Sequence record: SRR31156797_9223
Reading direction: 5' to 3' (one strand)
DNA: 64,000 nt
Shown here in pieces: positions 49,781 to 58,836 of the stretch. A program made the translations under genes and the position numbers. Position 1 is the first letter of the stretch. Every line of letters begins with the position of its first letter. The notes beneath the pieces are model-generated. The model was given only the letters and a program-made list of their open reading frames with translations, ran no database searches and was not told where the DNA came from.

Positions 49781-49806
49781 CAAATTATCAATAAGAATTA
49801 TTAAAT

Positions 49807-49838
49807 AAAAAAAAAGGTCGGACAAAACGCCCGACCTT
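49807..49838 (-). terminator. Intrinsic terminator after the TRAP permease
   Basis: Minus strand AAGGTCGGGC-loop-GTCCGACC followed by T9. Confidence 0.85.
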
Positions 49839-49845
49839 CTATGAT

Positions 49846-51744
49846 TTAAGCTTTAGCTTCTTTCTTTCTGAAAAGCACTATCCAGTGGAAACTAAGTAAA
49901 TATGAGTAGATGTAGTTACCTATTATCACCGCTGTGAAAGTTATCACAATGGTCGATAGTGAGAACCACTCATAAGAGTCAGTCTCCTTAACATAGTTAT
50001 ACATGCTGAACGCCGGAACATACGCGAAGAGGAATGGTCCGAGGTATAGAAATTTTGCGAACTTAAACGCATTAAACGCTGTTAGCCACATATTCGCCTT
50101 GGCTATGGTCGCACCGGCAAAGGCGGCGATACACACCGGAGGCGTAATGTTTGAGTCCTGTGACAGCCAGTAAACTATCATGTGAGCTGCGATAGGCGAC
50201 ACGCCAAGCTCTGTGAGCGACGGCACGGCAACAACAGCTGTAATGAGATAAGCAGCGGTAACAGGCACACCCATGCCGAGCACAAGCGAAGCGAGCGCAA
50301 TCAGCAGGATTGTGAGCCACAGTTTACCAGCGGCAAGGTGGATAATGATAGAGCTGAATGTCAGCGTTAGACCGGAGTATGTAAGCATCGATATGATAAT
50401 ACCGATAACACCTACAGTCGCACCAATCTTTAGAGATGATTCTGTTCCGAGCCTCGCTGCTTCGACAAATTCCATCAGGTTAATTTTAAGCTCACCACGT
50501 GTAGCTGCGTAAGCGAACGCTATGATGGTGGACAGACCGGCTGAAACTTCGTTAACAGTATCTAATCTGTAAAATGAATCGTATGTAATCACTGCAAGGA
50601 GAACCGCTGTGAATATAGCAATATGCCTTGAGCCCCGTGTCCATGTGATAACGACACAGGAGAGCATACCCGCAACAGCAGAGTATCCTGGTGATTTACC
50701 TATGATCATAAGTATAGTAATGAGAACCAGCGGCATAACATAATGCCACCCCTCTTTGAAAATTTCTTTTGGGCTTCTCTCTGATTTCTCACCTCTGATG
50801 TTATGAAGCTTCGCCTCGAAGTGAACCATAACAAAAACACTGAAGAAATACATCAGTGCCGGAAAGATAGCGATAATCATAATAGTGTTGTAAGGGATCT
50901 CAGTAAGCTCCGCCATGATGAAACCACCAGCACCCATAATAGGAGGCATAAACATACCACCGATGGATGCAGCAGGCTCAACAGCACCAGCTACATGAGG
51001 CTTGAAACCGGATTTTTTCATAAGCGGGATTGTGAAAGCTCCGGTTGAGACTGTATTCGCAATAGCAGAACCTGAGATAGAACCGAAGATGGCAGATGCG
51101 ATTACCGCAACCTTTGCAGGTCCGCCAGTTTTGTGTCCTACGGCAGCTAGTGGAAGGTCGATGAAGAACTTCTGTGCGCCGGATCTCTCCAGGAATGCTC
51201 CGAAGAGTACAAAGAGAAGTACATAAGTAGCGAGAACATCAGCCATAATGCCGAAAACACCGTCATTTGTGAGGTATATCGCTACTGAGATAGTATCGAG
51301 GAAGTTTCCTCCTGAGTGCTGGAAAAGGTCTGGCATGTGTTCGCCAAAAACTCCGTAGAGGATCATACCACTACCGAGAAGTACAAAAACTGTACCTACA
51401 GCACGTCTTGCAACCTCAATACCCATAAGAACGCCCACAACAGACATCCACTGGTCCATAAGGTTTTCACCACCAGCTCTATAATTTATGTCTACGAAGA
51501 AAATCATAAAATATAAAACAGGCACACATGAAGCCAATATCAATATATAGTCAAGGACTCTAAGCCACTTGTTTTTTGATTTATAAATGAGGAAAATCAG
51601 AAGGTATGTAATGAATACATAAATACCTTTGTGATACTGGGTTGATGCAGGTCTGATCAGTGCGGAGTATGAGTAAAACAGAACTAAAAACACTGCCGCT
51701 GCATCGAAAATTAATTTTTCATATCTTTTAAGATCAACATACAC
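49846..51744 (-). CDS. TRAP transporter fused (4TM/12TM) permease, TAXI type
   Basis: GGPAKVAVIAS, GSISGSAIAN, MPPIMGAGGF, LGMGVP and ITPPVC motifs. GTG 51744 lies 8 nt after AAGGAG. Confidence 0.93.
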   Translation of the reverse strand: MYVDLKRYEKLIFDAAAVFLVLFYSYSALIRPASTQYHKGIYVFITYLLIFLIYKSKNKWLRVLDYILILASCVPVLYFMIFFVDINYRAGGENLMDQWMSVVGVLMGIEVARRAVGTVFVLLGSGMILYGVFGEHMPDLFQHSGGNFLDTISVAIYLTNDGVFGIMADVLATYVLLFVLFGAFLERSGAQKFFIDLPLAAVGHKTGGPAKVAVIASAIFGSISGSAIANTVSTGAFTIPLMKKSGFKPHVAGAVEPAASIGGMFMPPIMGAGGFIMAELTEIPYNTIMIIAIFPALMYFFSVFVMVHFEAKLHNIRGEKSERSPKEIFKEGWHYVMPLVLITILMIIGKSPGYSAVAGMLSCVVITWTRGSRHIAIFTAVLLAVITYDSFYRLDTVNEVSAGLSTIIAFAYAATRGELKINLMEFVEAARLGTESSLKIGATVGVIGIIISMLTYSGLTLTFSSIIIHLAAGKLWLTILLIALASLVLGMGVPVTAAYLITAVVAVPSLTELGVSPIAAHMIVYWLSQDSNITPPVCIAAFAGATIAKANMWLTAFNAFKFAKFLYLGPFLFAYVPAFSMYNYVKETDSYEWFSLSTIVITFTAVIIGNYIYSYLLSFHWIVLFRKKEAKA

Positions 51745-51758
51745 GGTGATCACTCCTT

Positions 51759-51791
51759 AAAAAAAGCGGCAGACATATGCCCACCGCTTTT
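51759..51791 (-). terminator. Intercistronic terminator-like hairpin between TAXI receptor and permease
   Basis: Minus strand AAAAGCGGTGGGC-ATAT-GTCTGCCGC followed by T7, immediately before the permease SD. Confidence 0.75.
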
Positions 51792-51820
51792 CAATAGTTG
51801 TATATAATTAAGTTAATTTC

Positions 51821-52798
51821 TTACTTAAGTACGCCCATTTCTTTCCAGAACTTTTCAGCACCTGGGTGAAGCTTGAGCTTAGATGTACCTTTTGTACCGC
51901 CGGCAACTGACATCTGCTTAGCAGTCTTTTTGATTGTTACGAGGTAAGCGAGACCTTCTTTGCTGTATACAGACTTAATCATGTCGTAAACAACGTCAGC
52001 AGGAACTTTCTCGTTAACGATCCAGAGAGCTGAGTCTTGGAATGATTTAACAGTGTTAGTCTGACCTTTATATGTGTTAGCAGGGATGTCAAGAGCGCTG
52101 TAGAATGGGTATTGCTTGAATACGCCATGGCTTTCAGCGTCAGAGCGAACATCGATAAGCTTGATTTTGTTTTGCTGAGCTGACTGAATAACAGCAGCAG
52201 TAGGATAACCAGCGAATACCCAGAAAGCGTCGAGCTGCTTGTTAGAGAAAGCAGCAGAAGCGTTGTTGTATCCGAGGAACTGAGGATCCATCTTGTCCCA
52301 AACGCCCATTCCCTTAAAGAAACGCTCAGCGTTTGCAGCAGCACCGGAACCACCTTTACCAACACCAACACGCTTTCCAGAGAGGTCTGCAGCAGAGTTG
52401 ATACCGGAATCAGCTCTTACGATAAGCTGAGCAGGCGCACCGTAGAGATATCCGACAGCTCTTACACCAGTGTAAGCTTTTGTGTCTTTAGGGGAAAGCT
52501 GACCAACAGAAGCGAGATAAGTATCACCAGCGTAAGCGATACCGAAATCTGCTCTACCAGCAGAAACGAGTCTAACGTTTTGAGTTGAGCCGGCAGAAGC
52601 GGAAACATTAACCTTGTTCATGCCGATGAGTTTTTTGTCATTAGTCCACTGGCTGATACCTGATGCGAAGTACTGGAAAGTACCGCCGGAAGGTCCGCCG
52701 GAGAACTTGTAAACTTTTGCCTCAGATGAAGCAGGGAAAGCAACAAGTACAGCTGTTACTGCGAAAATAGCAGTAAGCAAAGTAATAAGTTTCTTCAT
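51821..52798 (-). CDS. TAXI-family TRAP solute-binding protein
   Basis: Signal peptide; GGPSGGTF, SAGSTQN, GKRVGVG..GSG and LHPGAEKFWKE motifs; ATG 52798 after AGGAGG. Confidence 0.93.
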   Translation of the reverse strand: MKKLITLLTAIFAVTAVLVAFPASSEAKVYKFSGGPSGGTFQYFASGISQWTNDKKLIGMNKVNVSASAGSTQNVRLVSAGRADFGIAYAGDTYLASVGQLSPKDTKAYTGVRAVGYLYGAPAQLIVRADSGINSAADLSGKRVGVGKGGSGAAANAERFFKGMGVWDKMDPQFLGYNNASAAFSNKQLDAFWVFAGYPTAAVIQSAQQNKIKLIDVRSDAESHGVFKQYPFYSALDIPANTYKGQTNTVKSFQDSALWIVNEKVPADVVYDMIKSVYSKEGLAYLVTIKKTAKQMSVAGGTKGTSKLKLHPGAEKFWKEMGVLK

Positions 52799-53004
52799 AG
52801 AAAAGCCTCCTTTTATGTATAGGACATTTTTTACCATGGCTTATTAAAAAATACAAGAGTATTTTACTTTAAGCACTGCCTGTGTTTGACTGTAATATAT
52901 GCCCTATGTAAACTCATGATGTAACTAGTAAAATACGATTATAACATTGTTAACAACTGTTTTATTATTGTAAAATAATAGTGTACAACTTAATTTCTGT
53001 TTTA

Positions 53005-53460
53005 CTATTGGATAACCTTTTTGACCACATAAACGCAGCATTCAGCTTTTCTGACAACTTTTTCAGTAGTGCTGCCGGTAAAGAAACCTTCGATAGCGTT
53101 CTTACCCTTTGATGATATTACGATCAGGTCAACACCAAGATTTTTAGAGATTTTAATTATTTTATCGTAGGCGGTGCCTATTTCGAAGTGGATTTCAAAG
53201 CTAATATCTTTCCCTTTAAGAAATTTATCAACTTTTTCATCCATGAGCTGTTTGTTGTATTCGTTGAGGTGTTTTTTAACTTCGCCCAGCTTTTCATCAT
53301 CGAGAAAAAACATAGGCATATGGTCTGTGTCCTGAGTGGAAACGTGGAGAAGGTGTATCTTAGAACCGAACTGCTCCGCCAGCTCCACAGCCTGCATAAG
53401 TGCCGCCTCAGAGTATTCAGAAAAGTCAGTAGGGACTAATATCGATTTTGGTTTAAACAT
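53005..53460 (-). CDS. Universal stress protein (UspA family)
   Basis: ILVPTDFSEYS, DLIVISSKG and GSTTEKVVR motifs; ATG 53460 after GGAGG. Confidence 0.93.
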   Translation of the reverse strand: MFKPKSILVPTDFSEYSEAALMQAVELAEQFGSKIHLLHVSTQDTDHMPMFFLDDEKLGEVKKHLNEYNKQLMDEKVDKFLKGKDISFEIHFEIGTAYDKIIKISKNLGVDLIVISSKGKNAIEGFFTGSTTEKVVRKAECCVYVVKKVIQ

Positions 53461-53525
53461 GATAGCCTCCGAAAATTTTTTGTGTATAAACAATTATACC
53501 GCTGATTTTTCGGTTTTGCTATTCG

Positions 53526-54260
53526 TTAAAGCTTAAAATTGTCAGTGAGGTTACTTATTCCAGGAAATTTATTAACATATGTCTCTTTGCAGTGGAGCAT
53601 TATTCGCCCGGAAGTGTCCTCTCCGTAAAGGCTGTCGCCTATTATGGGGTGCCCGAGGTGAGAGAGGTAAGCCCTTAGCTGGTGTCTCGATGCATTCTCC
53701 ATTTCAGCTTTAACAAGGGTGTGATTTTCAGATATCTCAATAGGTGTGAAAACGGTTTTATGTCCGCCTGGTTCCTCCAGCACTTTCACTTTCTTCTTCT
53801 TGTCTGCGTCTATTAAGTTATCCATGGTTACGGATTCTTTCATCTGCCCATGAACATAGGCTAGGTATATCTTCCTAGTGTCAAAGACAAAAAAACCGTA
53901 ACGAATAGCGCAGATTACTCCGTCAGTGGTGTAGTCCAGCCTTGAAATAAGCTGATATTCAGATGAATAGGCTTTAACTATGTCTTCAACCGTGACAGGA
54001 TCGTCAGGTTTCTGAAGGTCAGTGTGCATACCAGCAGGTTTATCAAAAAAGACGAGGTGGTCAAATTCTCTGATTATATAATCTTTCGGGTTAACATCAG
54101 GTCGTTTTGTATCAGCGGAAAGCTGAAGAGAACCCTCATCACTGTCTAGGTCTTTCTTCATCACCTGACCGTCGAGGAGCATCATCCCTTCTTTTATATA
54201 TCTCTTCGCCATGCGTACGGAAAGCCCGTACTCTTCTGCCAGCCTTCTGGAATATCTCAT
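53526..54260 (-). CDS. RluA/C/D-family pseudouridine synthase
   Basis: DKPAG, SRLDYTTDG (catalytic Asp) and RHQLRAYLSHLGHPIIGDSLY motifs. Confidence 0.88.
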   Translation of the reverse strand: MRYSRRLAEEYGLSVRMAKRYIKEGMMLLDGQVMKKDLDSDEGSLQLSADTKRPDVNPKDYIIREFDHLVFFDKPAGMHTDLQKPDDPVTVEDIVKAYSSEYQLISRLDYTTDGVICAIRYGFFVFDTRKIYLAYVHGQMKESVTMDNLIDADKKKKVKVLEEPGGHKTVFTPIEISENHTLVKAEMENASRHQLRAYLSHLGHPIIGDSLYGEDTSGRIMLHCKETYVNKFPGISNLTDNFKL

Positions 54261-54324
54261 TTAGCCTGTTCTCTCGGTATTATTTAGAAAAAGTATTACC
54301 ACGAAGACAGTCTTTTGTCACCAG

Positions 54325-55497
54325 TTATAACTCTTTCATGTCGTCGAGCCAGCCAGCATTATCAGTAAGCTGATAGAATAGCATTCTCGATGCTTCTTCA
54401 GGTGCTTCCTGTCTTGCGTGTATCTGTTTCAGAACGAGAGTGTCGTCTTTACGCCCGCATATCTCAATCTTGCCTATGTCGTGCCCCATGATGAATTTAA
54501 ACCTTTTAGAGTAGCCGTCCATATTCTTTCTTGCATCATCTACAATATCGATACCAGCCTTCAGCGGAACCTGAAAATGATGTCTGACTCTCTCCACTGG
54601 CATGCACTGATAGAGGTAGTAAGGGTTGATACCGAAGCTGGTTAACCCGTCCATCAGGTCTACAAGTGTATCAGAATCGTCATTAACACCTTTTAGGAAA
54701 ACTGCCTGATTATTCACAACAACACCTGCACCTCGAACCCTTGCGACAGCCTCTCTGGCGAGGTCTGTGAGCTCAGCAGGGTGGTTAAAATGTGTCGGTA
54801 AATAAAGTGTTTTCTCTTTATTAAAATCTTCAAAAAGCTGAATAAGTTCATCATCAAAAAAACGTGCAGGATAGACTACAGGTGCTCTTGAGCCTATGCG
54901 GACATAGTTGAGATGAGGTATATCTTTAAGTGCATCAAGCATCTCTCTGAGTGAATCAGTAGGTAAGAGGAGGGGGTCTCCACCGGATATGACAACATTA
55001 GTTATCTCTTTATGTTCGGCGATATACTTTGCGGCATTCTTAAAGTTTTCCACTGTCTGCTCATTAGGCAGCCCCACCATACGCTTTCTGAAGCAGTGTC
55101 TACAGTACATACTGCAATATTCAGTCGCTACAACCAGTGCTGTGTAGCTGTATTTGTGTAGTATTCCGTTACCTTTATCGTGCTTGTCGTCACCGTAAGG
55201 GTCTTTAGTTGTCTCACCCATGGCTCCTGCTAGGATAAGCTCATCTGATTCAGGTATGGCGAGCTTTCTGATTGGGTCGTGCTTGTCAGTAGGGTCTATT
55301 AAGCTGAGGTAATATCTAGGTATATTTATCGGGTGTTTTTCTGCTATCTCACGGAGAGCCTTCTCTTCGCTTTCAGAGAGCTCAAAATATTCCATAAGGT
55401 CATCAACAGAGTTTATATTGTTTCTAAGTTCTTTTTGCCAATCAATTTCTTTCCAGTTTATAGCACTTAAATCTGATATTAATTCCGCTGTTTTCAT
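54325..55497 (-). CDS. KamA-family radical SAM protein (lysine 2,3-aminomutase-like)
   Basis: LHKY, CSMYCRHCFRK, SGGDPL, RIGSR, HFNHPAE, NQAVFLKGVND and PYYLYQC motifs. Confidence 0.9.
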   Translation of the reverse strand: MKTAELISDLSAINWKEIDWQKELRNNINSVDDLMEYFELSESEEKALREIAEKHPINIPRYYLSLIDPTDKHDPIRKLAIPESDELILAGAMGETTKDPYGDDKHDKGNGILHKYSYTALVVATEYCSMYCRHCFRKRMVGLPNEQTVENFKNAAKYIAEHKEITNVVISGGDPLLLPTDSLREMLDALKDIPHLNYVRIGSRAPVVYPARFFDDELIQLFEDFNKEKTLYLPTHFNHPAELTDLAREAVARVRGAGVVVNNQAVFLKGVNDDSDTLVDLMDGLTSFGINPYYLYQCMPVERVRHHFQVPLKAGIDIVDDARKNMDGYSKRFKFIMGHDIGKIEICGRKDDTLVLKQIHARQEAPEEASRMLFYQLTDNAGWLDDMKEL

Positions 55498-55524
55498 TAC
55501 ATTACCCCAATTAAGATTTACAAG

Positions 55525-55552
55525 AGTTTATTTCATATATGAAATATGTCAA
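55525..55552 (-). promoter_or_regulatory. Promoter of the KamA-like gene with a palindromic operator in the spacer
   Basis: Minus strand TTGACA-16 nt-TAAACT. A perfect 18-bp palindrome TATTTCATATATGAAATA lies at 55529-55546. Confidence 0.65.
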
Positions 55553-55696
55553 TATAAAAAATAGAAATAGAAAAGTTATAGGTATGTAAAATATAGATAT
55601 GAAAAGTGTAGTTATGTAATATTAATATATGAATTATTGATGAATTAAATGAGTTTTAGTTAATTGCAACAAAGGGAGAATATGTTATAAAAAGGT

Positions 55697-56467
55697 ATGT
55701 ATGAATACAGATACGGCGAACTAGCCGAAGAGACAATCGAAAAACTGGCAAGCCTTGGTGTTTACCCTATTGAAGAAGCTTTCAAAGGGGAGACCAGGTG
55801 CAATGTAATATATTACGACGAAACACTTACGGATATCATCGAAGGTGAATATATCAGCAGAACCTTAGTAGAGGAGACAGGCTGGGATGAGAAATGGAAA
55901 GAATTTATCAAGCCGGGTAACCTGACTGCTAACCTGAAGTACGACTTCGATATAGCTAAAGAGGTGAGCGCTGACACGATCCTCATTAATCCATCTATGG
56001 CTTTCGGTACCGGTACACACCCTACAACCCGGTGTGCGGCTGAGTTGCTTGAGAAAGTGAGTAAAGATAAGAGGGTGCTTGATGCGGGCTGCGGGAGCGG
56101 AATACTAGCCATTGCTGCATCAAAAAGAGGGGCAAAAGAGATTTTCGCCTTCGATATAGACGATGTTGCACTTGTTAATACTTACGAAAATATTAAACTT
56201 AATAAGATAGAGAACATACACGCATGGGCTGGTGAGATAGGCGGCTTCAGAGGTGAGGTGGATGTCGTGGTGGCAAACATTATCACCAGCGTGCTTAACC
56301 TTATTCATCCTGATGTTTTGGCTCTTAAGCCTGAGTATATAGTTTATTCCGGTATACTCGACAGCGAGTATGACGAGTTTTTGGCTCAGCTCGATACTTC
56401 CAGTTATAGCGTTGTGGAATCAAATGGTGTGGAAGAGTGGAGAGGAGTTTTACTTAAATGTCAATAA
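55697..56467 (+). CDS. prmA: Ribosomal protein L11 methyltransferase
   Basis: INPSMAFGTGTHPTT, LDAGCGSGILAI, VANI and SGIL motifs. Confidence 0.92.
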   Translation: MYEYRYGELAEETIEKLASLGVYPIEEAFKGETRCNVIYYDETLTDIIEGEYISRTLVEETGWDEKWKEFIKPGNLTANLKYDFDIAKEVSADTILINPSMAFGTGTHPTTRCAAELLEKVSKDKRVLDAGCGSGILAIAASKRGAKEIFAFDIDDVALVNTYENIKLNKIENIHAWAGEIGGFRGEVDVVVANIITSVLNLIHPDVLALKPEYIVYSGILDSEYDEFLAQLDTSSYSVVESNGVEEWRGVLLKCQ

Positions 56468-57222
56468 CAGCGGTAATAGGTGACGTTCACGGGTGCATAC
56501 GCACTCTCGATAAGCTTATAAACGATATTGAAAAACGTTTCAGCGATGTGCAGTACATCTCGCTCGGCGACATAATCGACAGGGGGCCCGGCATATGTGA
56601 TGTTGTTCGTCTGTTCAGTGAGATGAGCGACGCCGGAAGGCTCAGGATGATACGTGGTAATCACGAGGATGTGCTGATAGATTTCGCTGATAAGACTAAC
56701 GATTATAACCACCAGAACTGGCTCTGCTACGGCGGAAGGGAGACACTCGGCTGCCTCTCCGGTCAGGATGTGCCTGCGACACTTGAAGATATAAATCAGG
56801 ACGATTTCATTCCGTTCATTAAGCCTCATATCGATTTCCTTAAAGCGGCAGAGTATAAGCATAGTGTCAGATATGATAATAATAATTTTATGTTTTCCCA
56901 CGCAGGTATAGGTCCCTCGAGAGGGCTTGCAAATATGGTTTACGAGTTTCAGGCGAGGGAAAACTATCTTTTCATGTGGTCACGTGACACATGGCAGTCA
57001 ACCGAGCAGTATTACGGGTATACTATGGTACACGGGCACACCCCTACGAGGGAGATTGAGGCGCACGACAATCCGCACACACCTTATGTTAATTATAACG
57101 ACAAAGGTGAGCTGGTTAGTGTTGCGGTAGATACAGGCTGTGTTTACGGATATAGCCTGAGCAGTATGCTTATCGATCTTCACGGTGATTTCGAGTTTTT
57201 AAGTGTGAGGAACTGCGAGTGA
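56458..57222 (+). CDS. Calcineurin-like metallophosphoesterase (PPP/PphA-like Ser/Thr phosphatase)
   Basis: GDVHG, GDIIDRG, RGNHE, HAG, HGHTP and DTG motifs. Confidence 0.9.
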   Translation: MSITAVIGDVHGCIRTLDKLINDIEKRFSDVQYISLGDIIDRGPGICDVVRLFSEMSDAGRLRMIRGNHEDVLIDFADKTNDYNHQNWLCYGGRETLGCLSGQDVPATLEDINQDDFIPFIKPHIDFLKAAEYKHSVRYDNNNFMFSHAGIGPSRGLANMVYEFQARENYLFMWSRDTWQSTEQYYGYTMVHGHTPTREIEAHDNPHTPYVNYNDKGELVSVAVDTGCVYGYSLSSMLIDLHGDFEFLSVRNCE

Positions 57223-57905
57223 AAAGGATCTTTTATTCAGGTGAGCTGACAGATGTTTTTGAGATAGATGGTGATTATTTCCATTATCTTAAGAATGTTA
57301 TCAGGGCGAAGGCTGGGGACGCTATAGGCATCCTGACAGAATCAGAATTTGCTGAGTGTACTATCACTGAGTTTAATAAACGCTCTGCCGTTTTGAAAAT
57401 TGAAAGCCGTAGACCTGCACAGAAGCACGATTATCAGCTGAAGGTTTATCAGTGTCTTTTGAAGCGTGAGTATATGGATTTCTCTGTTGAGAAATATGCC
57501 GAGCTTGGAGCAACTGAGATAGTGCCGGTTGTATCCGAACGCTCTCTTAAAGAGCTGAAAGATAAAACCATGCATAGATATAAGGATATAGCGATGAAGG
57601 CTGTGCTCCAGTCTGAGAATGAGCAGCTTCCGGTTATACATGACGCTATCAAGCTTGAAGATGTTAAGGCTGATATGGATAGCAATATTATCTTTTACGA
57701 GCGTTCTGATGAGAGTGGTAAGCTAACCGCCTCTAAGAGCATGAGCATGATTATCGGTCCGGAGGGCGGATTTACTGATGAGGAATATCATCTGCTCGTT
57801 TCCAAAGGATTTACCCCAATTAAGCCTATTGAGCAGATACTCAAGGCGGAGACAGCTTCAGTGGTTTTTACAGGTTATGTCCGTATCTTACAGGGGAGCC
57901 TCTGA
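57219..57905 (+). CDS. rsmE: 16S rRNA m3U1498 methyltransferase
   Basis: HYLKNVIR, EKYAELG, IIGPEGGF and ILKAETA motifs. Confidence 0.92.
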   Translation: MKRIFYSGELTDVFEIDGDYFHYLKNVIRAKAGDAIGILTESEFAECTITEFNKRSAVLKIESRRPAQKHDYQLKVYQCLLKREYMDFSVEKYAELGATEIVPVVSERSLKELKDKTMHRYKDIAMKAVLQSENEQLPVIHDAIKLEDVKADMDSNIIFYERSDESGKLTASKSMSMIIGPEGGFTDEEYHLLVSKGFTPIKPIEQILKAETASVVFTGYVRILQGSL

Positions 57906-58375
57906 TGGAATTTACGGAACTTGATCAGCAGTATATGCAGGAAGCTATCAAAGAAGCGGAGAAGGCAGCCGCCAACGACGAAGTACCTATTGGTGCGGTT
58001 ATCGTTTGCGAGGGCGAGATAATAGGTCGTGGTGCTAACAGTAAAAACAGCGGTAAGTCAGCATTGAAACATGCTGAGATTGTAGCTATAGAGGATGCAT
58101 CTTCTAAGATAGGCGACTGGCGTCTTGATGAGTGCTCTTTATACGTCACACTTGAGCCTTGCCTTATGTGTGCGGGGGCGATCATCCACGCAAGAGTACG
58201 CAATGTCATTTTCGGAACCACTGAGCCTAAGTTCGGCGGTGTTGTGACACTAGCCCACACCTTTGACATAGAAGGACTCAACCATAAGGTCAACTATAAG
58301 GGCGGACTTTACGCTTCTGAAATATCCGCTATGATGAAGAAATTTTTTAAAGATATTAGAGGTAAAAAAGTTTAA
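57905..58375 (+). CDS. tadA: tRNA adenosine(34) deaminase
   Basis: EVPIGAV, HAE and LYVTLEPCLMCAGA motifs. Confidence 0.93.
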   Translation: MEFTELDQQYMQEAIKEAEKAAANDEVPIGAVIVCEGEIIGRGANSKNSGKSALKHAEIVAIEDASSKIGDWRLDECSLYVTLEPCLMCAGAIIHARVRNVIFGTTEPKFGGVVTLAHTFDIEGLNHKVNYKGGLYASEISAMMKKFFKDIRGKKV

Positions 58376-58743
58376 GTGTAAGGGACATCCTCTTCAAAGC
58401 TTGTAAGAAACTCTGATATAACAACCTTATCATATTCCTGAATCTCAACAAATTTAAAAGCTGTAAAACGTTTCCCCTGAGCAATATTTGGCTCGTCAGG
58501 ATCTATACGCCAAACCATAGCTTTTGCATATATAAGGTCTTTTCCCCCTTTAAGTGGAATCTCTATCTGACATTCGTAATGCTCGTACATATGAAAATCA
58601 TAACTGCTTCTTACTTGTAACCCGCCAATACTAACATCTATCATTTCTGTGAAGGAGAATTCACCTTCTTTTTTTAAGTAAATTTTAATAGGAACAGCGC
58701 TATAACGCTTAAATTCCCTTCTTTCATCAGTAGTAATCTTCAT
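58372..58743 (-). CDS. Stand-alone PilZ-domain (c-di-GMP-binding) protein
   Basis: RxxxR (RREFKR) and DxSxxG (DVSIGG) motifs. Confidence 0.85.
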   Translation of the reverse strand: MKITTDERREFKRYSAVPIKIYLKKEGEFSFTEMIDVSIGGLQVRSSYDFHMYEHYECQIEIPLKGGKDLIYAKAMVWRIDPDEPNIAQGKRFTAFKFVEIQEYDKVVISEFLTSFEEDVPYT

Positions 58744-58836
58744 AAATAATCCCTCACTTTATTCTCCGCATATCATTAATAATAATTACTAAATGTAACA
58801 CCTATTAAACTTGTAGGAAAGTCAATTCCTAAAATA

